Shown here one piece after another: positions 15,415 through 23,258 of a stretch of DNA of 39,002 nucleotides (position 1 is the first letter of the stretch; every line of letters begins with the position of its first letter). The translations under genes and the position numbers were made by a program. Source of the stretch: a virus (Duplodnaviria > Caudoviricetes); the IMG/VR virus record IMGVR_UViG_3300016467_000609, positions 1 through 39,002 of that record; one strand, written 5' to 3'. The notes under the pieces are model-generated. The model did not search any database. It was not told the origin of the DNA and saw only the letters and a program-made list of their open reading frames with translations.

Positions 15415-15897
15415 TTATTTCTCCAGTTTGTGAAACGTGATCGTCTCGTGGTCGTCGAAAGGCTGGATGAGGACGCTTCTCAATACGTACCGAGCGTCGA
15501 GTCGGCTGGCAAACCACTTCGAGAGCTTGCTGTTGTCGTCCTGCAGCAAGCCAGGTGGCCAGCCGGTCTTTCCACCCTTGAGAACGGCTTCGACCGTCCC
15601 GTCACGAGCGTCGTGGCAGATGCAGCCTCGTTCGGCGCAGCCAGGGTCGAGCAGGATGGTCTGCATCGCATTGATCTTGTCGCGCATGGCAATCCATTCG
15701 TTTGCGACTTCTTCGGGCGTTCCAAGGTGGCCGAACACATCCTCCCAGGAGCCTTTCTTGGCTCGAGGGCGATCGTTGAGCTCCTTGCAGAACCTCTCCC
15801 ACGCGGCGGGTCCGAAAGCGACCGCAGCCTCGTGCGGACTGGTGCGGTGACGGTAGAACGTCGCCCCGCACGATTTGGCGAGGTCTTCGACGTTCAT
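15415..15897 (-). CDS. Hypothetical modular protein
   Basis: TGATG coupling; contains PGCAERGCICHD module. Confidence 0.65.
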   Translation of the reverse strand: MNVEDLAKSCGATFYRHRTSPHEAAVAFGPAAWERFCKELNDRPRAKKGSWEDVFGHLGTPEEVANEWIAMRDKINAMQTILLDPGCAERGCICHDARDGTVEAVLKGGKTGWPPGLLQDDNSKLSKWFASRLDARYVLRSVLIQPFDDHETITFHKLEK

Positions 15898-16184
15898 CAG
15901 TCGCCTTTCAGCTGTGCGGCCAGCGCTTCCAGTTCTTCAGCAGACAGCTTCGAGAGCTTCTTGAGGATGGCAGTCTTGCCGGTGCGAGAATTGACCTTCT
16001 CTTCGCGCTTCGCTTTGAGAGCAGCGATGAACTCAGGTGTGCCGGTAAGCATATCGAGCATGACCTCGATGACTTGGCCCTGGTTGAGCTTGTGGTCTTT
16101 GGCCAGGTCGGCGACGCGGTCCTGAATCGACGGGTCGAGAACAATGGCGGTGCGCTTGGCGGGGGATTTGACGTTTTCAGTCAT
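15897..16184 (-). CDS. Putative ribbon-helix-helix DNA-binding protein with C-terminal helical extension
   Basis: KRTAIVL (beta) DPSIQDRVADLAKDH (helix A) KLN QGQVIEVMLDML (helix B); GGAG RBS. Confidence 0.6.
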   Translation of the reverse strand: MTENVKSPAKRTAIVLDPSIQDRVADLAKDHKLNQGQVIEVMLDMLTGTPEFIAALKAKREEKVNSRTGKTAILKKLSKLSAEELEALAAQLKGD

Positions 16185-16222
16185 TTTGAACTTCTCCGGT
16201 TGTAGCAAAAGTGCTTGATCGA

Positions 16223-16250
16223 ATTATACCAAACCTTATACAAGGTTCAA
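16223..16250 (-). promoter_or_regulatory. sigma70 promoter of the RHH operon with TGTATAAGGTTTGG in its spacer
   Basis: Minus strand TTGAAC-16-TATAAT; spacer 14-mer identical to 11532-11545 in the array. Confidence 0.65.
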
Positions 16251-16260
16251 GGTACTGCCG

Positions 16261-16287
16261 AAAAAAATGCCCGCACAAGGGCGGGCA
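16261..16287 (-). terminator. Intrinsic terminator
   Basis: Minus strand TGCCCGC-ccttgt-GCGGGCA-TTTTTTT. Confidence 0.8.
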
Positions 16288-16350
16288 GGAGAGTCTTGAG
16301 TGAAACCGTTGCAGTTTCGCAGTGAAGTATACGATGAAAACCGAGGAGAT

Positions 16351-16545
16351 TCAGTCTTCGTCGGTGATGAACCCGATCTTGCGAGAGCCGGATTCTTCAT
16401 CTTCGCCGTCGTCCTGAGCGAGCAGACCATAGGGCATTTCTTTCAGGAAGACAATACCGAGCAGTGCAAGTGGATTGCTGGTGATGAGAAGTGCAACAAC
16501 AATCAGGCCGATTATTGCCAAATTAAGGAGAAGAGCGTGGTTCAT
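16351..16545 (-). CDS. Small membrane protein
   Basis: AAAGG RBS; long hydrophobic N-terminus, acidic tail. Confidence 0.65.
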   Translation of the reverse strand: MNHALLLNLAIIGLIVVALLITSNPLALLGIVFLKEMPYGLLAQDDGEDEESGSRKIGFITDED

Positions 16546-16571
16546 GTCGGCCTTTCGAACAGTTTGTCGTA

Positions 16572-16606
16572 CTGTAGCGGAAAGCCGACGTTCTGTCACG
16601 GGTGAC
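16572..16606 (-). promoter_or_regulatory. Promoter overlapped by operator GTCACGGGTGAC
   Basis: Operator 16595-16606; minus strand GTGACA-17-TACAGT. Confidence 0.55.
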
Positions 16607-18157
16607 TCACCGTCCAAGCCCAAGTTTTTCGTAATCGAAGTCCTCGCCGTCGGCCAGGATGTTCTCGCCGAACCCTTCAGTGGTCTTGATGATGTTCAGC
16701 CGCTGCAGGCTGTGATCCTTCAGGTAGCGATTGGAGTCGTCGAAGAAGTCCAGGATCAGAGCGATGTTCGGGCCAGACTTCTTGGCTCGCAGACCTCGAC
16801 CGATGCGCTGGCGCAAAGCGACTTCAGCCTTGCCACCGCCGGCCAGGATGACAAGACCAACAGCCGGCACGTCCACGCCCACATCCAGGATCGTGGAGCC
16901 AATCAGAACGTCGATTCGGCCGTCCGCGAGCTTTTTCAGAGCGGCCTTGCGCTCGGTCTGGTCGTTCTCGCCATAGATGAACTCGGCCCGAACACCCGCT
17001 TCGCGCAGCTTGTCCAGCAGCAGCTGGCCATGTGCCTTTTGCTGGATGAGAACCATTGTCGATAGCTTGTGGCGTGCTGCTCGAGCACATTCGGCCACGA
17101 TCAGCCTGTTGCGCTCTTCGTTGTTGACGATGCCCAGGCGGTAGGCGGCCTGCCAGGGAGTGCCGCGAAGCAGCCCCTTGGGCTTTTCCGCGAGCTTGGC
17201 GATCTTGAAGATCGGCTTGGCCAGAATGCCCCGGTCGATCAGCATCTTCTCCGTCACCTTGATACCGATCGAGCCGAACGCGGCCATCAGGCGCATGTTG
17301 GACTCCTCGTCGTCCTTCATGAAGGGAGTGGCAGTGATGGCCAGACGGTAGTGAGCGTTCTTGCAGTGCTTCAGAATCTCGTAGTAGCTGTTGCCGCTGG
17401 CCTCGTGCGCCTCTTCGCCGATCACGAACTCGAACTTGGCCAGCAGCGCAATCGTCTGGTTGCGGATCGCAGTCTGACGGTTCTGAACTTCGATCGGATC
17501 GTCCGGATTGGGCTCCTGCAGACGTGACACCAGCGTCTGCACCATGCCGACGCTCATTTTCTTGATGTATGACCGGCCGGCGTCGTCCGTGTACCCGAAC
17601 TGACCATCCCCGAGCACCGAGCAGGCGATGCCGAGGTCTTTCTCGAACGTCTCCTTCATCTGGTACATGAGGATCGAGCGTGTCGTCAGGAACAGGGTGG
17701 GGCGGTTAATCCGCATGAACGCCAGGCGTGCGATCCGTGACTTGCCGCCCCCTGTGGCCACCTGGGCGATCATCGAACCGTGCTTCACGAGCCGGTTGAC
17801 GGTCTCCATCTGGTAGTCGTAGCGCGAATCGTCGGGAAACGCATCGACCTTCGGGTTTTCAGGCCCCAGAGCGAGCGGCAGTGGCTTGCGAACCCGGTGA
17901 ACGGTCTTTCCCGAGCGCGACAGGTGCGCCACGACGTAATTCACGAACCCAGCAGGAAAGGTGGCGGCGCGGAAATCGAAGAACGAGCTGCGGCCGTCCC
18001 AGTTGCCCATCTTGAACGAGGCGGTGTGCTCGGCACCCTCGACCTTATAGGAGAGCAGCGACTGCACATAAAGTTTTACATCACGCGGGGCCTCATGCAA
18101 CTTTGCGATAGTTGCGTTGTAGGCGATGGTGACACTGTTGGCTGAAAAAATTGTCAT
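16607..18157 (-). CDS. SF2 DEAD/DEAH-box helicase (UvsW/Rad25-like)
   Basis: Q-motif DYQ, Walker A ATGGGKS, motif II EEAH, motif III TAT, GVDVP, QRIGRGLR. Confidence 0.9.
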   Translation of the reverse strand: MTIFSANSVTIAYNATIAKLHEAPRDVKLYVQSLLSYKVEGAEHTASFKMGNWDGRSSFFDFRAATFPAGFVNYVVAHLSRSGKTVHRVRKPLPLALGPENPKVDAFPDDSRYDYQMETVNRLVKHGSMIAQVATGGGKSRIARLAFMRINRPTLFLTTRSILMYQMKETFEKDLGIACSVLGDGQFGYTDDAGRSYIKKMSVGMVQTLVSRLQEPNPDDPIEVQNRQTAIRNQTIALLAKFEFVIGEEAHEASGNSYYEILKHCKNAHYRLAITATPFMKDDEESNMRLMAAFGSIGIKVTEKMLIDRGILAKPIFKIAKLAEKPKGLLRGTPWQAAYRLGIVNNEERNRLIVAECARAARHKLSTMVLIQQKAHGQLLLDKLREAGVRAEFIYGENDQTERKAALKKLADGRIDVLIGSTILDVGVDVPAVGLVILAGGGKAEVALRQRIGRGLRAKKSGPNIALILDFFDDSNRYLKDHSLQRLNIIKTTEGFGENILADGEDFDYEKLGLGR

Positions 18158-18164
18158 CAGGTGG

Positions 18165-18208
18165 TTGCCAAGTTCTTATATAAGGATTATAGTCCCGTCA
18201 TCACTGAC
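18165..18208 (+). promoter_or_regulatory. Promoter of the ParB/ABC/GNAT operon
   Basis: TTGCCA-17-TATAGT; palindrome CTTATATAAG (18175-18184) in spacer; operator GTCATCACTGAC at 18197-18208. Confidence 0.7.
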
Positions 18209-18227
18209 TGAACAACATCGCCTTTGC

Positions 18228-18887
18228 ATGAGCAAGATCAAGTTGGAAACCCGCAAGCCATCTGAGCTTGTAGCAAACCCCTGGAACACCAATGTGGTGT
18301 CGCCGGAGAACCAAAGCAAGCTGGAAGAAAGCGTCAAGCGATTTGGCATGTTTAAGCCGATCGTGATTCGCGAAACCGACGAGGGCCTGCAGATCATCGG
18401 TGGCCAGCATCGCTGGGAGGCGGCTCAAAGCCTGGGTCATGCAGAGGTTCCAGTCATCAATCTGGGTCGTCTCAGCGACAAAAAGGCCAAAGAAATCAGC
18501 CTGGTGGACAACGGCCGCTACGGGGCTGACGACACCCTGCAGCTGGCCAGCCTGCTGGAAGACATCGGCGTTGATGCGGAGGAGTTGGCCAGCTTCATGC
18601 CGTACTCCGAGAGCGACTTCGCTTCAATCTTCTCGTCTGTGAATATATCGCTGGACGATCTTGATCTACCTGACGGGGATGAACTTCCCGCAAAAACTCC
18701 CAGCTCGAAACCTGTGCAAACGCACCAAATCATGCGTTTCAAGGTTCCTGTCGATGATGTATCAGTCATCACTGACTTGATCGAACGGACGATGAAAGAA
18801 CAGCGATATGTGGACGAAGATTCACTTTCTAATGCCGGGAATGCCTTGGTCTTTCTCCTTACAAAAGTCGAATCCGACGAGGAGTGA
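18228..18887 (+). CDS. ParB/Srx-like N-terminal domain protein
   Basis: L.ANPWNTN, L..S...FG..KPIV, IIGGQHRW.AA..LG, DN.RYG. Confidence 0.85.
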   Translation: MSKIKLETRKPSELVANPWNTNVVSPENQSKLEESVKRFGMFKPIVIRETDEGLQIIGGQHRWEAAQSLGHAEVPVINLGRLSDKKAKEISLVDNGRYGADDTLQLASLLEDIGVDAEELASFMPYSESDFASIFSSVNISLDDLDLPDGDELPAKTPSSKPVQTHQIMRFKVPVDDVSVITDLIERTMKEQRYVDEDSLSNAGNALVFLLTKVESDEE

Positions 18888-18891
18888 CGAC

Positions 18892-19062
18892 ATGGACAAA
18901 TTTCCTGAGTGCGAAAGCTGCATGAACAAGGAACTGGACCCGTTCCAGTGTGACGACTGTGAAGATGCGTGCAACTTCGAACCTTACGAGGAAGAGGAAG
19001 ACGCCAGCGTCGAAGAAATGAGCATTCAGGAATTTGTGGAGTTTTGGAGAAGCGGACAATGA
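18892..19062 (+). CDS. Small Cys-rich acidic protein (Zn or Fe-S candidate)
   Basis: CESC...CDDC..AC; GAGGAG RBS. Confidence 0.6.
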   Translation: MDKFPECESCMNKELDPFQCDDCEDACNFEPYEEEEDASVEEMSIQEFVEFWRSGQ

Positions 19063-19721
19063 GCAAGACCGGATTGCCTGGCCAGATCACCGTCTGGGCC
19101 ATCGACAAGATCAGCCCCTACGAGCTGAACGCCAAGATTCACGACGACAAGCAGGTCGAGCGGATCGCCAAATCCATCAAGGAGTTCGGCTGGAGTCAGC
19201 CGATCGTGGTGGACAAGGACGGCGTCATCATTGCCGGCCACGGGCGTCGCCTGGCCGCCATCAAGCTGGGGCTGGACAAGGTGCCGGTCTGGGTGCGCGA
19301 CGACCTCAACGTCGAGCAGGTGCGGGCGCTGCGCCTGGCGGACAACCGCGTGGCCATCGGTGACATCGACACCAGCTTGCTGCAGAAAGAGCTGGCCAGC
19401 CTGGATTTCGACCTCGCCGGCATCTTCGACGCCAAGGAGCTCGACTTCCTCGAGGCTGACCTGGGCGAATTCAACGCCGATGCGTTCGTGGATGACATCG
19501 AGGTGGAAGTCGAAAAGCAGACCAAGGAATCGACCAAGACGGTCGAAGCCGCCGACGAGCGCGAGGTCAAGATCGACAAGGCGCTCGGCTTCAAGAGCAT
19601 CAAGGGCGCCGACGAGCGTCACGTTGCCCGCTTCATGGCTCAGATCGAAGCAGAGATGGAGGCCGAGGGCGCCGAGGCTTTCGTCAAGTTCGTTCGCGGC
19701 GTTCTGGAGGCTCAGTCATGA
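19059..19721 (+). CDS. ParB/Srx-like N-terminal domain protein
   Basis: PY..NAKIH...Q...IA.SI.EFGW.QPIVVD..GVIIAGHGR..AA..LG, LRLADNR; the form often fused to phage DNA methylases. Confidence 0.9.
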   Translation: MSKTGLPGQITVWAIDKISPYELNAKIHDDKQVERIAKSIKEFGWSQPIVVDKDGVIIAGHGRRLAAIKLGLDKVPVWVRDDLNVEQVRALRLADNRVAIGDIDTSLLQKELASLDFDLAGIFDAKELDFLEADLGEFNADAFVDDIEVEVEKQTKESTKTVEAADEREVKIDKALGFKSIKGADERHVARFMAQIEAEMEAEGAEAFVKFVRGVLEAQS

Positions 19722-20086
19722 GTGACGTATTCAACGGGCTGCCTCGCCGTATCAAGGTCGGGCAGTACACCTTTCGCGTCGTGATCTCCAACGCCACGGC
19801 GCACCCCGATCTGGAGGGCTGCGACGGCATCACGGACTTCGAGAAGTTCCGCATCTACCTGGCCGAATCGCTGCATCGACAGCGAGCCATCAACGTGGTG
19901 CAGCACGAGCTGACGCACGCAATCAACTGGGTCTACGGCGTGGATGACGGCGCCGAAGAGGAAACGATCACTACCCAGCACACCAACGGCTTGATCGAAC
20001 TTTGGGTCTCCAACCCGAAGGTCTTCAACTGGTTCGCCAAGTCCCTGCGCGCCATGAAGCGCGAGAACGCAAAGGACGACGAATGA
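19718..20086 (+). CDS. HExxH zinc metallopeptidase-like protein
   Basis: G.T......IYL.......VVQHELTHA...EE. Confidence 0.6.
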   Translation: MSDVFNGLPRRIKVGQYTFRVVISNATAHPDLEGCDGITDFEKFRIYLAESLHRQRAINVVQHELTHAINWVYGVDDGAEEETITTQHTNGLIELWVSNPKVFNWFAKSLRAMKRENAKDDE

Positions 20087-20211
20087 CGGTGCCGATCAGT
20101 GTTCTGGTGCTGCTGTCGCTGCTGGCCATTCCTGGCGCCTTGCTGGCGCTCTTGTGGGTCTGGGCAACGGTGAAGCTCGCGATCATCTATTGGAAGGAAG
20201 GTGTGTTTTGA
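20083..20211 (+). CDS. Small membrane protein (42 aa)
   Basis: ATGA coupling; long hydrophobic segment. Confidence 0.55.
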   Translation: MTVPISVLVLLSLLAIPGALLALLWVWATVKLAIIYWKEGVF

Positions 20212-20870
20212 CCACCTACATCATCGACAAACAGTTCCAGTCCCATGTGGACCGCACCGATCGCGTGCTGGAAATCGCCGAAGCGTTCGGTCTGGGCCTG
20301 GACGACAAGACGTTTGTCGTCTTCGAGAACCAGCCCATCGAAGTGGAGCAGGGCGACGTTGTCTACATCACGGGCCAGTCGGGCTCCGGCAAGTCGCTCG
20401 CGTTGCGCGAGCTGAAGGCAAAAATGTCGGCCGACGGCCTGCAGGTCGCCGATGTGGATGAGGTGCCGCTGGACGCCACCAAACCACTCATCGACCAGAT
20501 CGGCAAGACCACGGCCGAGGCGTTGACCTACCTGTCGATCGCCGGCCTGAACGACGCCTACCTGTTCGTTCGCAAGCCGCAGGAGCTCTCTGACGGTCAG
20601 CGATACCGCTTCAAGCTGGCCAAGATCATCGAATCGGGCGCCAAAGTCTGGATCGCTGACGAATTCCTCGCCGTGCTCGATCGCACGACCGCCAAAGTCA
20701 TCGCCTTCAACCTTCAGAAGATCGCCCGCAAAGTCGGCGCGACATTGATGGTGGCAACCACACACACGGACATGGTCGAAGACCTGGCGCCGAATCTGTA
20801 CATCGAAAAACGCTATCGGGAAAAGATCGAGATCGTTCGCACTCCCGCCGGCTACAAGGAGAACGAATGA
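20208..20870 (+). CDS. Stand-alone ABC-family ATPase
   Basis: Walker A GQSGSGKS, signature LSDGQ, Walker B VWIADEF, H-loop ATTH; TTG start overlapping upstream stop. Confidence 0.9.
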   Translation: MTTYIIDKQFQSHVDRTDRVLEIAEAFGLGLDDKTFVVFENQPIEVEQGDVVYITGQSGSGKSLALRELKAKMSADGLQVADVDEVPLDATKPLIDQIGKTTAEALTYLSIAGLNDAYLFVRKPQELSDGQRYRFKLAKIIESGAKVWIADEFLAVLDRTTAKVIAFNLQKIARKVGATLMVATTHTDMVEDLAPNLYIEKRYREKIEIVRTPAGYKENE

Positions 20871-21187
20871 ACGCCGACGAGCAAACCTTTGAAGAAGCCA
20901 TGCTGAAGTCCTGGAACGAGGAGACGGGCGCCGTGTCGTTCGTACTGTTCTCGTCGCCGAATTGCGCGCCATGCGGTCGCGTGAAGGCCGCTCTGGAGCG
21001 TCTGGAGAATGCCGGCGCCTTGCGCCATGACGTTGGCTACATCAACGTCTACCACGCCGCTGCGGCCGCGATGAAGACCAACGTGCGCTCCGTTCCGGTG
21101 CTGGTTCGCTTCGAGCACGGCCGCGAAGTCGGCCGCCTGACGGGCGACGCAACCGAGCCGAAACTGCTCGACTTCGTGAATGCCTGA
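20867..21187 (+). CDS. Thioredoxin-like protein
   Basis: FSSPNCAPC active site, cis-Pro VRSVP, F.HG.EV.R..G. Confidence 0.85.
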   Translation: MNADEQTFEEAMLKSWNEETGAVSFVLFSSPNCAPCGRVKAALERLENAGALRHDVGYINVYHAAAAAMKTNVRSVPVLVRFEHGREVGRLTGDATEPKLLDFVNA

Positions 21188-21458
21188 GATGAGCTTCGCG
21201 GACGCCACGATCATCTTCCTGGGAGCGTTCATCAACGTCTTCCTGCTGGGCCTGCAGTCACGCAATGTCGTTGCTGGCCGGTATGTGGCCGCCATGGCAA
21301 CGTCGGCCGGCATCTCGCTCGCTCAGTTCATCTTCGTGAAGTTCGCAGCCACGGGCTCGATCGCCGTACTGATGGTCTCGACCGCCGGCGGCTGCCTGGG
21401 CATCGGAAGCGCCATTTGGTTCTACCGTCATGTGATGGAGCGTCGCCATGGTCGATAA
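21180..21458 (+). CDS. Small three-TM membrane protein
   Basis: Three hydrophobic segments; GG.LG...A motif. Confidence 0.7.
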   Translation: MPEMSFADATIIFLGAFINVFLLGLQSRNVVAGRYVAAMATSAGISLAQFIFVKFAATGSIAVLMVSTAGGCLGIGSAIWFYRHVMERRHGR

Positions 21459-22365
21459 CCAAGACATTCGCATCGAGCGCCGCGAGGTGCCCGCCAACCA
21501 CATGCTCTCGCTGCTGCCCAACATCTACGTCGAGCGCGGCGACATCGAAGACTGGAATCTGCTGCACGAGCTTCACTACAAGGCGGAAAGCCTGGGCATC
21601 GGCCCGCGCATCTACCGCTGCGTGCTGGAAGAGGGCGGCCGACGCCAGGTCATTGGCGTGGGCGTCATGACGGTTCCGAAGATGCTGCTGTCGGGCCGCA
21701 ACGAGGTGTTCAAGCACTTGAAGCCCAACACGGGCGGCATGGACAGCCGTCTCATCAACCGCACCCGCGCCTACTGGATCAACGATCACGCCTGTACGAA
21801 CAGTCGTCTGGTGCTGGACACCATGTATCGAGGCGCCGGCATCGCCTACCGCATGCAGAACATCATGATGCGAATGACTGGCTGCCAGGTGATCGAATTC
21901 CAGTCGTCGATGAGCAAGTTCAACCCCTTCGCGGCAAAGGCAGGCATCCGATTCACCAAGCCCAAGCGCAGCGCCAACTACGACAAGGGTGTCAAGTTCT
22001 TCCGTCGCTGGTTCGACTCCAACCCCTCGGATTTCATGGGCGTCATGGCGGAGCTGAAGGCGATGCCCGCAGCGGTGCGCGCCAAGTGCGAGCGAGAGAT
22101 GCGGGACTTCTACTACGCCTGCTCGGCACTCGAAAAGACCGGCAACGCCCGCTTCCGAGGTGAGGATCGTCGCGAAAACATGGAAGTGGGCTATCTGCTC
22201 AAGAGCCTGCAGCAGCTGGTATTGGCCAGTCCGCTGTACGGGGTCTACATCAACCCCGACGCCAGTCCCGAGAAGGGCAAGAGCGTTCTTCCGGCCCGCG
22301 TGCCTGTCATCGCTTTCGACAACCAACCCACCGATCAGCCTCTGGACCTGTCCTGGCTGCCCTGA
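21448..22365 (+). CDS. GNAT-fold acetyltransferase-like protein (Mom-like candidate)
   Basis: LHELHY; SRLVLDTMYRGAGIA acetyl-CoA-binding motif A; MSKFNPF..KAG. Confidence 0.7.
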   Translation: MVDNQDIRIERREVPANHMLSLLPNIYVERGDIEDWNLLHELHYKAESLGIGPRIYRCVLEEGGRRQVIGVGVMTVPKMLLSGRNEVFKHLKPNTGGMDSRLINRTRAYWINDHACTNSRLVLDTMYRGAGIAYRMQNIMMRMTGCQVIEFQSSMSKFNPFAAKAGIRFTKPKRSANYDKGVKFFRRWFDSNPSDFMGVMAELKAMPAAVRAKCEREMRDFYYACSALEKTGNARFRGEDRRENMEVGYLLKSLQQLVLASPLYGVYINPDASPEKGKSVLPARVPVIAFDNQPTDQPLDLSWLP

Positions 22366-22368
22366 ACC

Positions 22369-22695
22369 ATGCACCTGACCGTCAAGCAAATCGAACTCCT
22401 GGCCGTGATCGGAAAGCGCAACCCCGATGGTGGCGCCACCGACCTCGACCAGATTCTCGAGCGGCTGTCATACAAGCCGACAAAGCAATCCCTGCAGTTT
22501 TCGATCCGAGCCCTGATCGCCCATGGTCTGATCCAAAAGGACGCGCCAGAGAAGCGTCGGGGCCGCACGCGCACGCTCATTTCCCTCACCAAGACGGGCG
22601 AGACGATGACGGGCAACCCGAGCACGGCGCCGGCGTTCATCGAAGACGAAGCCGACGAGCTGCTGGGAGACATCTCCGAGATTCTGGAGCCCTGA
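22369..22695 (+). CDS. Winged-helix DNA-binding protein
   Basis: LT.KQ.ELL..I...DLDQIL...TKQSLQFSIRALIAHGLI.K...RRGR.R..I.LT..G. Confidence 0.75.
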   Translation: MHLTVKQIELLAVIGKRNPDGGATDLDQILERLSYKPTKQSLQFSIRALIAHGLIQKDAPEKRRGRTRTLISLTKTGETMTGNPSTAPAFIEDEADELLGDISEILEP

Positions 22696-22697
22696 CC

Positions 22698-22807
22698 CTG
22701 CGGGAAACTGCGGGAAATTCCCTTCCCCTTCTATATATATAAGTAATAGATGACTGAAGAATTGAAAGTTGAAGAAGCGGGAGCGGGAAATCCCTCCCCT
22801 CGGGAAA
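22698..22807 (+). repeat. CGGGAAA repeats around a (TA)5 tract
   Basis: CGGGAAA at 22701, 22711, 22784, 22801; TATATATATA 22732-22741. Confidence 0.7.
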
Positions 22808-23151
22808 TCGAAGAGCTGGCGCTCGCGGTCGATACGCAGATCATGCGGATGCTCGGTCTTCGGTTTGAGATTCAGGACGACATCATCAAGGTCTGGGGTC
22901 GGGACGTGGAGCCTGACGAGACGAACTGGATGGTGGGCGAGCGGTTCTCGAGCAACCTGGCTGAATCCATGAACATCCTGGACGGTTTGAAGGTGACGGT
23001 TGCGTTCCATGAGGACGATGGCTGGCACTGGGCTGTCGTGACGTTCGGCGACGAAGGCGAGCTCGAGACAAGCGAAGCCCCGACCAAAGAGCTGGCCGGA
23101 GCCTACGCCGCCTGGGCAGCACTCTACGGACGCTCCGGAGGTAAGTCATGA
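22750..23151 (+). CDS. Phage ABA-sandwich domain-like protein
   Basis: FSSNL.ESM.IL..L....W.......EAPTKELA...AA..AL pattern. Confidence 0.45.
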   Translation: MTEELKVEEAGAGNPSPREIEELALAVDTQIMRMLGLRFEIQDDIIKVWGRDVEPDETNWMVGERFSSNLAESMNILDGLKVTVAFHEDDGWHWAVVTFGDEGELETSEAPTKELAGAYAAWAALYGRSGGKS

Positions 23152-23185
23152 CTGACTTGACAGTGTGTAGCAAAAATGCTACAGT
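23145..23185 (+). promoter_or_regulatory. Terminase-operon promoter abutting operator GTCATGACTGAC
   Basis: Operator 23145-23156; TTGACA(23157)-17-TACAGT(23180). Confidence 0.75.
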
Positions 23186-23212
23186 CGCCCGGAAATTCAC
23201 GGCTATCTCCTC

Positions 23213-23241
23213 TGGGCGTCTTCTCCACGCCCATTTTTTTT
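23213..23241 (+). terminator. Intrinsic terminator in the terS leader
   Basis: TGGGCGT-cttctcc-ACGCCCA-T8. Confidence 0.75.
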
Positions 23242-23258
23242 GACCGAAAGACAGAGCA

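Noticed and set aside
18228-19721. Canonical ParABS partition locus
   Set aside because: No adjacent ParA; both proteins show the ParB-N domain with acidic tails and no clear central HTH
20208-21458. Conventional ABC transporter
   Set aside because: No permease-sized membrane protein or substrate-binding protein; the membrane ORFs are only 42 and 92 aa
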